Part shown: positions 1 to 9,225 of the stretch, piece by piece
How positions within the stretch are numbered: the first letter of the stretch is position 1
Layout: each line of letters opens with the position of its first letter
IMG/VR virus record: IMGVR_UViG_3300020577_008970
Length of the DNA: 20,000 nucleotides
Source: an uncultured virus (IMG/VR IMGVR_UViG_3300020577_008970)
Lineage: Duplodnaviria; Heunggongvirae; Uroviricota; Caudoviricetes
Direction: 5' to 3' (one strand)
Made by a program: the position numbers and the translations under genes
Notes under the pieces: model-generated
Told to the model about the DNA's origin: nothing
The model's database searches: none
What the model saw: the letters and a program-made list of their open reading frames with translations, nothing else

Positions 1-329
1 TTTTGTATCAACCAGCCCATCCGTTCTGGCATCCAGAATGCTGAGCCTTTAAGCGGAGCTGTGACAACAAAAACTTCACCAAGCTGCAACAAATGATCGA
101 CACCATCCAATGATGGGTAAAACCTTGCTAAATTTGCACAAAAATTCTTTTCTTGAATCTTGTTCTTAACGATTGCTTGTTGCATTCGCGATAACTTTAG
201 AGCTTTGAAGATATCCCAGTCATCAATATCGTTCACTACATACGACGTTTTAAATTCAGAATTGATTACCTTCAAGATTCCATTTGCAAAATCGCAAAGA
301 ACCCCATCACAATCTAGCAAAATTCGCAT
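1..329 (-). CDS. HAD-family 5'(3')-deoxyribonucleotidase-like protein (3' end runs off the window)
   Basis: Not in the ORF track. Hand translation from the ATG at 329 gives MRILLDCDGVLCDFANGILKVIN...DDWDIF...VFVVTAP...WMPERMGWL. This has HAD motif I (hhhDxDGVLxDF) and motif II (VVT), as in NT5C-like phage nucleotidases. Confidence 0.8.
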   Translation of the reverse strand, partial: MRILLDCDGVLCDFANGILKVINSEFKTSYVVNDIDDWDIFKALKLSRMQQAIVKNKIQEKNFCANLARFYPSLDGVDHLLQLGEVFVVTAPLKGSAFWMPERMGWLIQ

Positions 330-372
330 TTGATTTTAAAAATACAAACACGATCGGCGAATGTTCATGATC

Positions 373-1503
373 TCAGCAATCGTCAACAATACAGTAAAAC
401 GTCGTTGTAGAGTATGATCCGCTATATGGGCAGTCGTGATCTAACTTGAGTGTGACTTGCATTTTGCTATGTGAATACAATACTTGTGCAGAAATATAGT
501 CCCAATCTAATAAGATCGTGTCTTTCTGCGTCCCACGCCAACCAGGACCGCCAAAGGCTTGATATTTTGGATATCCACGAAGAGATTCATTCAAATAATC
601 TAAAAATGTCTTATACACGACTGGATTACCAAGCGGGATCAATGTTCCAGCTGGGTATACGCCCAATAGCTGCGGGGCGAAATAAGCTACATCACCATAC
701 GGCTGCACTGATACTGTATCTGTTATGATTATGTCTTCTGAGAACTGAACTTCCGCGTGAGAAATTGTCAGCGTCTTACCAGTAGCAGGCTTAAACGTAA
801 ATGCACTCGATCCAGCATAATGATATGTTGCGGTAACAGCTGATCCCGTAAATTCTTCTTGCAAAACAGGATACACTCTTCCAAGCGAATAGTCGACTGT
901 ATAGTCTCCACCGGTACCGTAATGAGGATTCTGTTCTGTCAACGTTGTGCTATCTGCCTTAACAGATACACGATAACTACGATTGCTGGAATCTTTCAAG
1001 AAATCTTCGCCAGTTAACTTACCATGATATGTGTCGATGACATTAGCATGTGCTAACTGATAATATCCTGGCGAACCTGAGGTAAATGTTATCGACTCTG
1101 TCAACACATATTGCGAACATTGATACCACGTTGTTGGATCACACCAGTTATGTGAATAGATATTTACCCGGGCATTTGTTGATTTTTCATTTGAAATTCT
1201 AGTTCGACCGTCCGGCGTTTTTTTTACAATCGCAGAGTTCGCAACTGTTTTGTAATTTAACTCAAAATCAATCAAGTCTAAATCATTTTGTTCTTGTGTT
1301 ATTCCAGACGCAAGAATCGAATCAGGAATGGCAACCTTCCATATCGTTGTGATGTAAACTTCTGGTCCATCATACCCCCAAATCAAATATTTTTCTTCAT
1401 CATCATCATCATATTGAATCGATAATGATTTTAATGTTGTAAGTGTTTTAAACCGACTCCATGTGCATGTTCTTTGGGTGTATTGCGGTGATAATGTTAT
1501 CAT
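373..1503 (-). CDS. Hypothetical protein, probably virion-associated (376 aa)
   Basis: Long ORF tightly packed behind the upstream genes. It is Thr/Ser/Tyr-rich with beta-strand-like patterning and a 'DYTVDYSLGRV...VTATYHY' segment reminiscent of phage structural proteins. Confidence 0.5.
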   Translation of the reverse strand: MITLSPQYTQRTCTWSRFKTLTTLKSLSIQYDDDDEEKYLIWGYDGPEVYITTIWKVAIPDSILASGITQEQNDLDLIDFELNYKTVANSAIVKKTPDGRTRISNEKSTNARVNIYSHNWCDPTTWYQCSQYVLTESITFTSGSPGYYQLAHANVIDTYHGKLTGEDFLKDSSNRSYRVSVKADSTTLTEQNPHYGTGGDYTVDYSLGRVYPVLQEEFTGSAVTATYHYAGSSAFTFKPATGKTLTISHAEVQFSEDIIITDTVSVQPYGDVAYFAPQLLGVYPAGTLIPLGNPVVYKTFLDYLNESLRGYPKYQAFGGPGWRGTQKDTILLDWDYISAQVLYSHSKMQVTLKLDHDCPYSGSYSTTTFYCIVDDC

Positions 1504-1505
1504 GT

Positions 1506-2585
1506 TTATTCTTCGTAAAAATCGAATGATAATTGTGTAACATGCGACGATGTTGTTTCTGGCGCTGTGTATCCTAAAATTCTTGCAGGGCCGTTAACAG
1601 TTACCGCAGATCCGAATCCTCTGACTACAGTATTCGACGATCCTGCAGCTTTGATGAAATCTGTGACGACTAATTCTGGTGCATGTACACCGGCGTAGTA
1701 TTTTACTAAATGACAAATACATCCAGGAGCTGTTGTAGACGAACTGCCTACGACTAGTGATGTAATTTTGCAAACTTTATTATTTGCTACATAATGATGG
1801 CACCAAAACGTTTGATTATCACTTGCCGCAATCGTTCCGATTGCTCCTCCGCCTTTTGCAGTTGCTGCATAAAGTGTAATAATTCCTGCATTGACAAGCC
1901 CAGATCCAACAGAGACAACATTCATTTGTTCTATAAAACAAATATTCGTATTGACTGTGTTGACACCAGTTGTACCGTTCAGTGTTAGCGTTTCATAATA
2001 TGGTCCGTTGTAATTTGAATCATAATATGTGATCTGTATTTGTCTAGCACCAGTCCCGGCTGCTGTATCATTGGCATTTGCAGATGCAATCGAGCGGCGC
2101 GCATTTGATGTTTGTTCTGTATACGCTGTTTTTCGAACGGCAACTTTTGTTGTTGCCGCAGTTGTAATACTTCCATTTACGAATCCAGACTCAGAATTCT
2201 GCGTATTTTGCGAATAATATGCAGGATTGATTACATCGATTGATGTTTCGCGTTCAAATATAGAAATATTAGAGCCAGAGAAGTAGGCGGGGCCAGTTAC
2301 TGTCCACTCTACTAACATTGTCATACTGTTCAATAGTGTATTTGCAACAGTACCATATGACGCAGTCGTAATAAGCTGTGATGACTTTACTAATCCAATT
2401 TTAGTCGACTCATCAAGCGGATCAACTTCAGACACAGCAAATTGTAATGTTACACCTGATGATGTTGACACAGGACCGGTGATGTTGTAAATTAAAATTA
2501 CTTCTTGCGCACTACTTGCACGAAAAATATATGATCCGTTTGTACTTATTACACTATTGTCTAAGATAATTTCTGGTCTACTCAT
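1506..2585 (-). CDS. Hypothetical virion structural protein (359 aa)
   Basis: Overlaps the upstream stop by 4 nt (ATGA). Ser/Thr/Ala-rich, with 'SANANDTAAGTGARQIQI...ETLTLNGTT.V...NAGIIT', a pattern I associate with uncharacterised phage structural proteins. Confidence 0.55.
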   Translation of the reverse strand: MSRPEIILDNSVISTNGSYIFRASSAQEVILIYNITGPVSTSSGVTLQFAVSEVDPLDESTKIGLVKSSQLITTASYGTVANTLLNSMTMLVEWTVTGPAYFSGSNISIFERETSIDVINPAYYSQNTQNSESGFVNGSITTAATTKVAVRKTAYTEQTSNARRSIASANANDTAAGTGARQIQITYYDSNYNGPYYETLTLNGTTGVNTVNTNICFIEQMNVVSVGSGLVNAGIITLYAATAKGGGAIGTIAASDNQTFWCHHYVANNKVCKITSLVVGSSSTTAPGCICHLVKYYAGVHAPELVVTDFIKAAGSSNTVVRGFGSAVTVNGPARILGYTAPETTSSHVTQLSFDFYEE

Positions 2586-4651
2586 CGAATTTCATTCCAA
2601 TAAACAGCTACATCAAATGTTGGCCGGCCAGCGCGGACGTTTTTACATGCAATACATAATGTAGGTGCCGAATTTGCACCCATGCCAAGAAAACCTGCAT
2701 TTTGAATGCATCGATCATAATAGTCGAATAGTGTAGCTAAATCAACGTCAATCGTATTACTAAATACACCGTCTGCAAGAACTATTCCTCCGCTGCTCGA
2801 CGTAGCGGTCGTATTATATTCAATTGCAGAATTCGAATCGATTGAATATGACCCACCAGTGATTGTCGGATTTAGTCTAATCTCATATTCAAAAACAGAC
2901 TGCTGCGGTGTTGACATTTCAACTTTTGTCGGAATTATTACACTTCGATTAATCGCACCCGCCAACGTCGATTGCGGACGAAGAACGATCAGAGGCGTGA
3001 AACTTGTCGACACTTGTCTCGATGTATAAAGTGATCTGGCAATATAATGAAAATCTTGCACTCTAGCTTGTGAGTGAACTGCGGAGCATATAAATTTCAC
3101 ATTTTGTGCAGAGGACACAGCGGTAAAATTATTCACACTAACTTGAACTGGTAAGCATGCACTTTGCATATATGGATCGACAACTGAATTTGTGTGATTC
3201 ACTTCATGCACCAAAATCATATCGATAAAGTATCTTACTACACCAATTCCAAACCATTGACATTCGATTTCGTACAAATGGGCTTTCGTTACATCGAATG
3301 TAATTCCACTGTGACCAGTACCATCTAATTTATCTCTGTTCCACGTTGATTGTTGATATTGCGTCGTTACTACAGAATTGCTTATGTTGGATCTTTCACA
3401 AACACTAAATGTCGATCCGGATAGCTGAAAGAACACGCCATTAGTTTCGTCAAGGTAACCCCATTCACGAACTTGGCCTGTTAATCCGCTATTTGAATTT
3501 ATCACGGACATCTGCATCGATTGTATATGCCCACCAATATACTTGAAGTACTTATTCGTTCTTATTGCTGCAAACGAGCCAGACGACGTAGTAGTTCCTA
3601 CAGTTACCATAGAACCGGTTACAACAGCTGTTACAGCTCCACCAGTAACTGTTTTTGTATCGAATACATCATAGTTGATCCCATACTTGAAATGTAGATC
3701 GGCTAGTGTATACACACCGGCGATTCGGAGCTCATTCGAAATTGTACTTCGAATTCCATTATTATTCGAATCGAATATTCTTGCGACGACAGGCAACGAC
3801 CCAGTCGATGTAACAGTAACTTGCCCTGTCAGTGCTAATGAACCGGTAACTGGCAGTGTACCTTGATCTGATGCGATTACAACCGGCACCGAAGTTGCCA
3901 TAGCCTTTTGACCGACCGTTGGGATACGCGTTGTGAAAGTACTCTCGGCTAACCTTGTTCCGAGTGTAGTTTCTGTAGCCGCTCCAGTCGGTAATGGAAG
4001 TGAACCAGCTGAGATTGGAACAATATTAGTAATCCCAACTGAACCTGTAACAGTTTGTGATGCTGGAAAATTTTGCACCGCTACAGCTAATGATCCGGTC
4101 GATGTTACGGATACTTGGTTTGACACAGTAGCAGTTATCGTATTCGCAACATTTACGCTTCCGGTGTAATTTGTCGCTAAAACAACCGGAACTGAAAGGG
4201 CTGATGTCGTTTGCCCAGGAACTGGTATACGAGTCGTAAAGGTACTATCAGCTAATCTCGTTCCAAGTGTAGTTTCTGTAGCTGCACCAGTAGGTAATGG
4301 CAATGAAGCTGCCGAAACAGGTTGTGTAGCCGGGAAATTGCTAACAATTACTGGTAATGAACCGGTTGATGTTATGGGTATCGATGACTGATTCGAGGCA
4401 ATTACAACAGGGCTGGATGATGCCATGACAGCCTGTCCGAGAACTGGCGTTCTTGTTGTAAATGTGCTGTCTAGCAACAAATTTCCAGTTGTGCCAATAT
4501 TTGCCGTGACTATACCGTCTACGCCAACAGAACCAGTTACAGATACTTGATTCGTGACAGTAACAGGCCCTGTGATCTTTACGCTTCCACTAAGATTTAG
4601 CTCATTTCCAGCTGAGTCGACTAAAATTGCTGCTGGCGAATCATTCATCAT
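2582..4651 (-). CDS. Putative tail fibre/spike-like virion protein with an internal repeat stalk and a C-terminal beta-rich domain (689 aa)
   Basis: N-terminal DSPxxIL motif shared with 6114..7220. Three degenerate Thr/Val/Ser-rich repeats. C-terminal 'REWGYLDETNGVFFQLSG...WNRDKLDGTG.SG...QWFGIG.VRY' domain. Confidence 0.6.
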   Translation of the reverse strand: MMNDSPAAILVDSAGNELNLSGSVKITGPVTVTNQVSVTGSVGVDGIVTANIGTTGNLLLDSTFTTRTPVLGQAVMASSSPVVIASNQSSIPITSTGSLPVIVSNFPATQPVSAASLPLPTGAATETTLGTRLADSTFTTRIPVPGQTTSALSVPVVLATNYTGSVNVANTITATVSNQVSVTSTGSLAVAVQNFPASQTVTGSVGITNIVPISAGSLPLPTGAATETTLGTRLAESTFTTRIPTVGQKAMATSVPVVIASDQGTLPVTGSLALTGQVTVTSTGSLPVVARIFDSNNNGIRSTISNELRIAGVYTLADLHFKYGINYDVFDTKTVTGGAVTAVVTGSMVTVGTTTSSGSFAAIRTNKYFKYIGGHIQSMQMSVINSNSGLTGQVREWGYLDETNGVFFQLSGSTFSVCERSNISNSVVTTQYQQSTWNRDKLDGTGHSGITFDVTKAHLYEIECQWFGIGVVRYFIDMILVHEVNHTNSVVDPYMQSACLPVQVSVNNFTAVSSAQNVKFICSAVHSQARVQDFHYIARSLYTSRQVSTSFTPLIVLRPQSTLAGAINRSVIIPTKVEMSTPQQSVFEYEIRLNPTITGGSYSIDSNSAIEYNTTATSSSGGIVLADGVFSNTIDVDLATLFDYYDRCIQNAGFLGMGANSAPTLCIACKNVRAGRPTFDVAVYWNEIR
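3786..4477 (-). repeat. Intragenic degenerate protein repeats (about 3 copies)
   Basis: (D/E)STFTTRxPxxGQxxxAxSxPVV(I/L)A occurs three times, SLPLPTGAATETTLGTRLA twice exactly, and TSTGSL(P/A)V three times. Confidence 0.85.
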
Positions 4652-5113
4652 TTAAATCGTCCTCGTTCTAGTCCTAGATGCCTCTAAGGAACCAGAATAT
4701 GTGATCACATCTACATATTGTCTAGTCACTGTTACACCATCAGTCGAATACATGTTCCAGGTAATTGCCGTAGGATTTTGGATTCCATTTCGGCTAATCA
4801 TCTTTCTTTGAATTAAACTCGTTTTGGTGGCGTCTGTATACCATGTCGAGGTAAGTGGAAAGAGCCCACCAACGATCTCATAATATGCTCCCGCAAAATT
4901 CTCGAACGGTCCAGCCTCATTCACTAACGACAATTTGCGATCATTCGCTATATCAGACAGTGTATGCAGCACACCTTCTTCATTAAAAACGAAACCTGAT
5001 CCCGACACATAACGAAATTCGCCAGGAACTGTTGGAGTGACAACATCTGGTGTAAGCTGAACTCCGTCATCTTCGATAAATTGTCCTGGGTGACGATCAG
5101 GCGTTTGTGGCAT
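4652..5113 (-). CDS. Hypothetical protein, probably virion-associated (153 aa)
   Basis: ATG preceded by the CGATATTTA motif. The stop directly abuts the start of the 689-aa gene. Confidence 0.6.
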   Translation of the reverse strand: MPQTPDRHPGQFIEDDGVQLTPDVVTPTVPGEFRYVSGSGFVFNEEGVLHTLSDIANDRKLSLVNEAGPFENFAGAYYEIVGGLFPLTSTWYTDATKTSLIQRKMISRNGIQNPTAITWNMYSTDGVTVTRQYVDVITYSGSLEASRTRTRTI

Positions 5114-5122
5114 TTCGTTGCA

Positions 5123-5131
5123 TAAATATCG
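5123..5131 (-). promoter_or_regulatory. Putative late-promoter motif CGATATTTA
   Basis: Exact copy 9 nt upstream of the ATG at 5113. Recurs upstream of four other genes. Confidence 0.65.
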
Positions 5132-5172
5132 CTTGTGATAGAATTTGATATATCAATTAGTTACAGAACACG

Positions 5173-5352
5173 TCATGGTGTCTGTGTCGTAATCAAATAA
5201 CCATTCACGTCACATGCTAAGTATCTTACTTTTCCCGTTGAATCAACTCCTGCAACGACTTGGCCAACGCTACCAGATGGCACATTGACTGATGCAGATA
5301 CGTGAATTGGCATTCCTTGAACATTAAACAGAATTTGTGCAATACCACTCAT
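5173..5352 (-). CDS. Small protein, paralogue of the N-terminal module of the collagen fibre protein (59 aa)
   Basis: 29/50 identical residues to the N-terminus of 6114..7220 (e.g. HVS.S.N.PSG.V.Q..AGVD.TGKVRY.A....GY..TT). The ATG at 5352 is preferred to the TTG at 5358 because it aligns with the paralogue start and lies 6 nt from the motif. Confidence 0.8.
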   Translation of the reverse strand: MSGIAQILFNVQGMPIHVSASVNVPSGSVGQVVAGVDSTGKVRYLACDVNGYLITTQTP

Positions 5353-5358
5353 GCGCAA

Positions 5359-5367
5359 TAAATATCG
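5359..5367 (-). promoter_or_regulatory. Putative late-promoter motif CGATATTTA
   Basis: Exact copy 6 nt upstream of the ATG at 5352. Confidence 0.65.
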
Positions 5368-5385
5368 AATTCGATATCGAATATA

Positions 5386-5829
5386 TCAACTGTTAACTGT
5401 ATGAATTAATATTTCGCTTGTGCTCGTGTACACGCCAGCAGACGTATTAAACACTGCCTGAACACGATGCGAACCGGCTTCTAGATCACTTGTTTGCCAT
5501 GTGGCGACATTCTCTACAAGTTGTATTGTGCTATAGGCAGTAGCTGTATCGGGATTCATAAAACTCACGCTACCTGATCTGCAATATTGCACTGTGGCAA
5601 CAAATGTCGTTTGGCTTCCTAATTGACTCGTTAGCGATCCAGACAATGTCGTTGTCGATGGTTCATAATATGATGAATCAAGATAGTAAAATCCGGGAGA
5701 AACATATAACGAATCACTAACTTGATTGCAGGTGTATCCATTTCCTGAATATGCTTGGTCTACAAATGCTTGATCTGCAACAATAACGTTTTCAACAATT
5801 CCTGATTTAATCAATGCATATTTGCTCAT
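5386..5829 (-). CDS. Fibre-associated small protein with a C-terminal bacterial Ig-like (Big_3-type) domain
   Basis: N-terminus 'YALIKSGIVENVIVAD' resembles small proteins that follow Gly-rich phage fibres. C-terminus 'TTTL...GSQTTFVATV...SGSVSF...ATWQTSDLEAGSHRVQAVF...S..L..TV' follows an Ig-like group 3 pattern. Confidence 0.6.
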   Translation of the reverse strand: MSKYALIKSGIVENVIVADQAFVDQAYSGNGYTCNQVSDSLYVSPGFYYLDSSYYEPSTTTLSGSLTSQLGSQTTFVATVQYCRSGSVSFMNPDTATAYSTIQLVENVATWQTSDLEAGSHRVQAVFNTSAGVYTSTSEILIHTVNS

Positions 5830-5830
5830 C

Positions 5831-7220
5831 TCACACCGTCCAAATTCTTATTTCGCCACGACCACCTGAACCACCGTTCGGATTATTATTTCCTCCTCCT
5901 CCTCCGCCGCCACCTCCACCTGGGACACCGCCATTCCCGCCGGCTGTTCCATTAGTTGCTCCTCGACCGCCACCACCGCCTCCGGCACCAGCGGAATATG
6001 TTCCACCATCAGTGCCATTTCCGCCTGCTGCAGCACCAGTACCAGCGGTTCCTCCGCCAGAAGCATCAGAATATCCAGAAGATCCTCCGGCGCCTCCTGA
6101 AGCATTATTGGCATCAGCGCCACCACCCCCCCCCTCCTCCACCAAATAATGAAGATCCGCCTACAATAACAGACTGCGCGGCGGAATGACCGCCTCCTCC
6201 GCCTCCATATACGGCATTTTGCGCGGTCATTGTAATCAATCCGCCGGATCGTCCCGGAGCGCCGCCGCCGCTATCCGGAGGATTTGGATATAAAATTTTC
6301 CACATCGTTCCGGACCCGTTATCAACATATGTTGCCCAAGATGGAGCTCCGCCATAATAGTATGTTATACTTGACTGATTTGGCCACACGAAGGTTTGCT
6401 CTGACCCTAAAGCTCCACCGCCAGCACCATTAGCGCCACCGCCATAAGCTCGTAATATAGCTGCACCAGTATCGAATGATGTCGTTCCGCCAGCACTATT
6501 CTGACTTCCGCCTGCGCCGATTGTACATGTTACGCTTGATGGCACTAATGACGCCAAATATCGCCTATGCACGACTGCACCACCACCGCCTCCTGGACGA
6601 TCTGATGTGGCACCAACAAGCCCATTTCTTCCTCCTCCTCCACCGCCTATGCACATAACATCAACCCACGTACATCCAACTGGTTTCGTCCATGTTGTAG
6701 AGCCTGTTATGACAGTGTATGTGATATTTCCAGATGCTACACCTTGTGATCCGGTTGCACCTGTCGGTCCAGTGGGGCCGGTTATTCCCTGTATTCCCTG
6801 TGAACCATTCGTTCCATTAGTGCCGGCAGATCCGGTGGGCCCAGTAGGACCGGTCGGACCGGCAATTCCCTGGATTCCTTGAGCACCATCAGCTCCATTA
6901 GTGCCAGCAGCTCCAGTTGGTCCAGTTGGCCCGATTGAACCTGATATACCTTGAATTCCTTGCGCCCCATTTGTTCCATTAGTGCCAGCAGCTCCAGTTG
7001 GACCGGTGGGACCTGTTGGTCCCGTAGGCCCGGTCAATCCAGTTCCGCCCGTTGTCATAACATATCCAGAAGCGTTTGTCGCAATATACCTGACTTTACC
7101 TGTCGGATCAACGCCTGCTAAAATTTGTGCTACGGGACCTGATGGTGCATTCTGTGACGATGATACGTGCAATGGCGTACCGGATGTGCTATACAATATT
7201 TTTACTGGACTATCGCTCAT
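5831..7220 (-). CDS. Collagen-like/glycine-rich fibre protein, interrupted by a frameshift at a G9 tract (6126-6134)
   Basis: ORF 6114..7220 has an anchor module, 34 Gly-X-Y triplets and a Gly-rich domain starting 'TWTKPVGCTWVDVMCIGGGGGG'. It ends in an unnatural ...GGGWWR*. ORF 5831..6145 carries the typical end of such domains (...GGSGGRGEIRIWTV). Removing one G fuses them into 462 aa. Confidence 0.8.
6735..7040 (-). repeat. Collagen-like (Gly-X-Y)34 tract with a 27-aa higher-order repeat
   Basis: Uninterrupted GLT-GPT...GSQ-GVA. A nine-triplet unit containing GPT GPT G(A/S)A GTN G.. G.Q GIQ GI. occurs three times. Confidence 0.92.
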
Positions 7221-7226
7221 GCAGTT

Positions 7227-7235
7227 TAAATATAG
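7227..7235 (-). promoter_or_regulatory. Putative late-promoter motif variant CTATATTTA
   Basis: One mismatch to CGATATTTA, 6 nt upstream of the ATG at 7220. Confidence 0.55.
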
Positions 7236-7236
7236 A

Positions 7237-7264
7237 TTTAAACAAATTGCATACGTGATACAAT
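7237..7264 (+). promoter_or_regulatory. Possible sigma70-type promoter for the HNH gene
   Basis: TTTAAA-16 nt-TACAAT with an extended -10 (TGnTACAAT, 7256-7264), 13 nt upstream of the ATG at 7278. Confidence 0.4.
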
Positions 7265-7277
7265 CACTATCAGTTTA

Positions 7278-7577
7278 ATGCGTCATGGTCTTGCTACGGA
7301 AAAACGAAATGCTCTGCGCAAATTAGCGATCGAATCTCTTGGCGGAGCATGTCAAATCTGCGGTTACGAAAAGTGTAGCGAAGCACTAGACTTTCATCAC
7401 ACCAACACATTAGAAAAAGATTTCAACATTTCATCGAAGCTTTCATCTTGGAAACGAATAGCATCAGAACTTAAAAAATGTGTCCTTCTTTGCGCAAGAT
7501 GCCACCGTGAAGTTCATGCCGGATATCATGGACTAAAATATTTTGATGATGAATCGATTAGTAGGCGAGACTATTAA
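7278..7577 (+). CDS. Free-standing HNH endonuclease (99 aa)
   Basis: 'LGGACQICGY.KC..ALDFHH....KDF.IS.......ELKKCVLLCARCHREVH' is a Zn-binding CxxC...CxxCH HNH pattern. It is the only credible plus-strand gene in the window. Confidence 0.88.
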   Translation: MRHGLATEKRNALRKLAIESLGGACQICGYEKCSEALDFHHTNTLEKDFNISSKLSSWKRIASELKKCVLLCARCHREVHAGYHGLKYFDDESISRRDY

Positions 7578-7609
7578 ACAGAAACGGCCCGATTTCTCGA
7601 GCCGCTCTG
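7576..7609 (-). terminator. Intrinsic terminator downstream of the 524-aa gene
   Basis: Minus-strand RNA GCGGCUCGA-GAAA-UCGGGCCGU (GNRA tetraloop, two G-U pairs) followed by UUCUGUUU, about 25 nt after the stop at 7631. Confidence 0.75.
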
Positions 7610-7630
7610 CAGTTATGCTCTAATCAGAGA

Positions 7631-9205
7631 TTAGAATGTATCGACTTGGACGACGGTACCAATTCGAAGCTTGTAATTGAACTTTAGATCACCGGTCGAA
7701 AGTGTATCACCTTCAACAACATCGTTTCCGACGCCATTGAGTTGTCGTACACCGTTGACATATACGCTGACCATGTTACCAGAACCAGCCGAGAAGGTCT
7801 TTCCAACGAGGGTTGGAAGTGTACCAGCCATATTGGTAGAGGTCGAAGCATTCGAACCAGAGTTGATCACTGCAGTAACGACTGCGGTACCAACTACGCG
7901 ACTCGATGCGGTTGCAGAAATTCGATCAGACAAGATGTTCAATGCACCAAGTACTGAGGTCGAGTTGCTGAAGTGTGTTGTGAAGCTGTTCCATTCACCA
8001 GATGCTGTTGCGAATGGCATTGCACCGCTGTAGGTTGAACCTGCATTGTATGCGTCTGCGAAGGTAACTTGGTTACCAGAAAGAAGCAAGTCGGAAACTG
8101 CTTTGATCGTTAGACCAGCAACTGCATCGATCTGTCCATCTGTAACACCAACGTTGATGTCGTTACCGCTTGTATTGAATGTTGCACCCTTGGTGAAGGT
8201 TGCTGCATTGGTGTTGGTAATGCTAAAATTATCAACGACTGCACTCAAGGTCGAGGCGCTGTTGCCGTCCATAGCAATCTTGAATGTATTGACAGAACCT
8301 GTCGTTTCAAAGGCGACGTAGGTATTTGCTGCAAGTTTCCAATCGATGCTGTTGGTTGCAGTGAATGCACCTGGCTGATTGGCAACGGCGGTTGCAAGAG
8401 TAATGTCGACGAGTGACGAGAAGTCAGTGTAGTTGGTGCTCAAGAAAGCATCTTCTGGCAATCCAGAATAAGTCGATCGAGCGACATATGCATAGTGAAT
8501 GGTCTTACCAGCGATATCAGCAGAAGCTGCCTGGATGAGACCATCAGAAGTCGAATTCATCTTGACGAACGAGATTTGTGCTCTGTTCTGGAGGTTGTCG
8601 AAAGAAGAACCTTCAATCGATGAAGAACGAACCTGAATCAAGCCGTAGATTTCTCGGCCGTTTGCATCGTTGATTGCATCATTGTTCGATGCTGTAACGA
8701 TATAGACGAGATTCTTTGGCGAGATGGCATTTGCGCCACCGATTGCAGTTGCTGCCCAAGCGCCAGTGTCGCCTGGAAGAAGTGCAGTAACAGCTCCGAG
8801 AACTGTATCATTGATTGCAACGGTCTGTGTTGGTGCTTCAGAAGCTGCCAAGACAGTGTATGTGTTCGAAGCAGAGACGAAAATTGGAAGAAGGTTTTCG
8901 ACTCGATAGAGCAAGTTCTTATTCTCTACGTTGTAGAGTCCTTGGTTCATCGAGATAACACCGCGTTTGGAACCGGTGATAGCACCGAAACCAGAACCGG
9001 AAGTTGGTAGTGTTAGATCGCTATACCAGTTACCAGAAGCAGAACCGGTTCCAAACAAAAGAACCTTGGTCTGCGTTCGTAGCGCATTAAGATCATCCTC
9101 GAGGCTAGCTGCACTCGAAGACAACACGGATCCATTGACTAAATTGTCCGTATATAATTCTGAATTAAAGACTTGAGTTGCCTGCGTGATGAATGTCCTA
9201 CTCAT
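7631..9205 (-). CDS. Hypothetical virion structural protein (524 aa)
   Basis: Ser/Thr/Ala/Gly-rich, Cys-free, with a C-terminal 'VSVYVNGVRQ..G...D.......LKFNY.L..G.VV' motif seen in phage structural proteins. It has its own upstream motif and terminator. Confidence 0.65.
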   Translation of the reverse strand: MSRTFITQATQVFNSELYTDNLVNGSVLSSSAASLEDDLNALRTQTKVLLFGTGSASGNWYSDLTLPTSGSGFGAITGSKRGVISMNQGLYNVENKNLLYRVENLLPIFVSASNTYTVLAASEAPTQTVAINDTVLGAVTALLPGDTGAWAATAIGGANAISPKNLVYIVTASNNDAINDANGREIYGLIQVRSSSIEGSSFDNLQNRAQISFVKMNSTSDGLIQAASADIAGKTIHYAYVARSTYSGLPEDAFLSTNYTDFSSLVDITLATAVANQPGAFTATNSIDWKLAANTYVAFETTGSVNTFKIAMDGNSASTLSAVVDNFSITNTNAATFTKGATFNTSGNDINVGVTDGQIDAVAGLTIKAVSDLLLSGNQVTFADAYNAGSTYSGAMPFATASGEWNSFTTHFSNSTSVLGALNILSDRISATASSRVVGTAVVTAVINSGSNASTSTNMAGTLPTLVGKTFSAGSGNMVSVYVNGVRQLNGVGNDVVEGDTLSTGDLKFNYKLRIGTVVQVDTF

Positions 9206-9225
9206 GATTTCTCACACTCGGACAT

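Noticed and set aside
5359..5386. Nested palindromes (ATATCGAATTCGATAT) and generally frequent TCGA words
   Set aside because: TCGA-containing words appear throughout the window and I cannot quantify enrichment by eye, so no specific function can be supported.
5814..7278. Pro-rich plus-strand ORFs (5814..6149, 5956..6189, 6607..6882, 6982..7278) and alternative-frame minus ORFs
   Set aside because: These are shadows of Gly-rich and collagen codons on the coding strand, with no independent signals.
7677..9176. Several plus-strand ORFs antisense to the 524-aa gene
   Set aside because: Antisense open frames are expected from the codon bias of the real gene, and they show no recognisable motifs.
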